DNA from: Aulosira sp. ZfuVER01
Lineage (GTDB): Bacteria; Cyanobacteriota; Cyanobacteriia; Cyanobacteriales; Nostocaceae
Direction of reading: 5' to 3'
DNA length: 64,000 nucleotides
Assembly: GCA_034530615.2 (NCBI GenBank)
Contig: JAVRCV020000049.1
Location: 128,001 to 192,000 of the forward strand
Positions 62,915 through 64,000 of this stretch are shown here, in pieces. How positions within the stretch are numbered: the stretch's first letter is position 1; every line of letters starts with the position of its first letter. Under the pieces are notes generated by a model that ran no database searches, had not been told where the DNA came from, and saw only the letters and a program-made list of their open reading frames with translations. Made by a program: the position numbers and the translations under genes.

Positions 62915-64000
62915 ATGACTAAGCGTCCCAATCAAGTTAATCACTCCCATTCCCCAAATCGTCAGCGTTTCTGGTTGCTGGTGTTGAGTCGCGGTGGTAT
63001 TGCTTTGGGTGGACTCTTGCTGCTGGCAATTGTAGGCGGTATTTGGCGGTTATGGACTTTTGTCCAGAAAGATTTAGCGCCGCTAGCAGAACAAAATCTC
63101 ACTACAACACTCAATCGTCCGGTAAAACTTGGCGGCGTTACAGAATTTTCTCTGATGGGAGTGCGGTTTGGGGCTTCGGAGATTCCAGCAACCGCCACAG
63201 ATCCAGACCGAGTGGCAGTTGATGCTGTGGAAGTGGGTTTTGACCCATTCAAGTTAATCTTTAACCGCAACTTAAAGCTAGATGTCACCTTAGTCAATCC
63301 GGATGTTTACATTGAAAAAGATGAACAAGGGCGCTGGCTGACTACTAGCATCAGCATGGCTGGTAAAGGCGGCCCGATTAAGACTGATTTAGATAAAATT
63401 CGGTTACGCAATGGCAAGCTGGTTTTAAAGTCTTTTCCTAAAACAGTAGGACAACAACTAACCTCAAAACCTCAACTCCCTAACTTACCTGTGGGTTTTT
63501 CGCAACTTAACGGAACTGCCCAACTTTTAGAAAACAACCAGTTGATGAGGTTTGATATTACAGGTCAAGCAGATAGTGGTGGGAGTCTGGCTCTTAAGGG
63601 AGATACACGCCTCAAGACACAAGCCGCTAATTTACAGATCCGAGGGCAAGACTTGCTGGCTGCTGATATTACTCGCATTATTCAGCTACCACTGACTTTA
63701 CAGGCGGGTCGAGTTAATGGGGATTTACAAATTCAGCTCATACCAGAGCAGCAGACCTTATTGAATGGCAGTGCTTTTTTACAAGGAGTAGCAATTCAAG
63801 TACCCCGTCTACCACAACTGTTGAACAATATCCAAGGAAACGTCAACTTCCAGGGAGTGGAAATACAGCTCGACAAGGTAGCTGGGAACTATGGCAAAAT
63901 CCCCGTAGTAGCTACAGGTATTATCGATAGACAAGCTGGCTATAAGTTAATAGGGCGAGTCAATCAGGTAGATGTAACTACAGCCTTAGAGACTCTCAAG
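62915..64000 (+). CDS. TamB/AsmA-like (translocation and assembly module) protein, truncated by window end
   Basis: Manual translation MTKRPNQ...GGIALGGLLLLAIVGG (N-terminal TM) ...LAPLAEQNL.TTLNRPVKLG.V..FS..GVRFG.SEIPAT..DPD..; reading frame appears to continue to the edge. Confidence 0.82.
   Translation, partial: MTKRPNQVNHSHSPNRQRFWLLVLSRGGIALGGLLLLAIVGGIWRLWTFVQKDLAPLAEQNLTTTLNRPVKLGGVTEFSLMGVRFGASEIPATATDPDRVAVDAVEVGFDPFKLIFNRNLKLDVTLVNPDVYIEKDEQGRWLTTSISMAGKGGPIKTDLDKIRLRNGKLVLKSFPKTVGQQLTSKPQLPNLPVGFSQLNGTAQLLENNQLMRFDITGQADSGGSLALKGDTRLKTQAANLQIRGQDLLAADITRIIQLPLTLQAGRVNGDLQIQLIPEQQTLLNGSAFLQGVAIQVPRLPQLLNNIQGNVNFQGVEIQLDKVAGNYGKIPVVATGIIDRQAGYKLIGRVNQVDVTTALETLK

Larger units (their letters stand above)
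1..64000. repeat. HIP1 octamer GCGATCGC dispersed through the window
   Basis: Many exact copies in coding and intergenic DNA (e.g. 554-561, and several each in clpB, lpxD, pixJ, murQ); a hallmark of many cyanobacterial genomes. Confidence 0.95.

Overview
Chromosomal window from a heterocyst-forming (Nostocales-like) cyanobacterium. This is inferred from abundant HIP1 sites (GCGATCGC), heptamer STRR repeats and gene content. Left to right it contains: a truncated IucA/IucC siderophore synthetase; a TerB/Mo-nitro_C protein; obgE; Uma2; a large Ser/Thr-kinase/AAA/GAF/PAS/His-kinase hybrid; a NagX-like membrane acetyltransferase; an HsdR_N-like protein; clpB; an orphan Nif11-like protein; a rubredoxin missed by the ORF track; and an HI0933 flavoprotein. 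Next is a ~13 kb Wzx/Wzy polysaccharide cluster containing a Tat-exported GH10 hydrolase, followed by a beta-helix/Pro-Thr/SLH surface protein. A small AT-rich islet follows (Uma2 remnant, VapC plus partner, two unknown ORFs). The rest is tkt-fabF-acpP, an hdrB-like gene, hsp20, lpxD, a Rieske/His-repeat protein, a complete Pix-type phototaxis cluster with a 4-GAF cyanobacteriochrome MCP, murQ, DUF3110 and a truncated TamB-like gene. No rRNA, tRNA, CRISPR array or transposase was recognised. The best leads are the EPS/GH10/SLH module, the islet ORF pair, the Rieske His-repeat enzyme, the degenerate HsdR_N nuclease, and miniature mobile repeats (one in-frame inside a kinase, others nested). All family calls come from motif recognition by eye; no searches were run.
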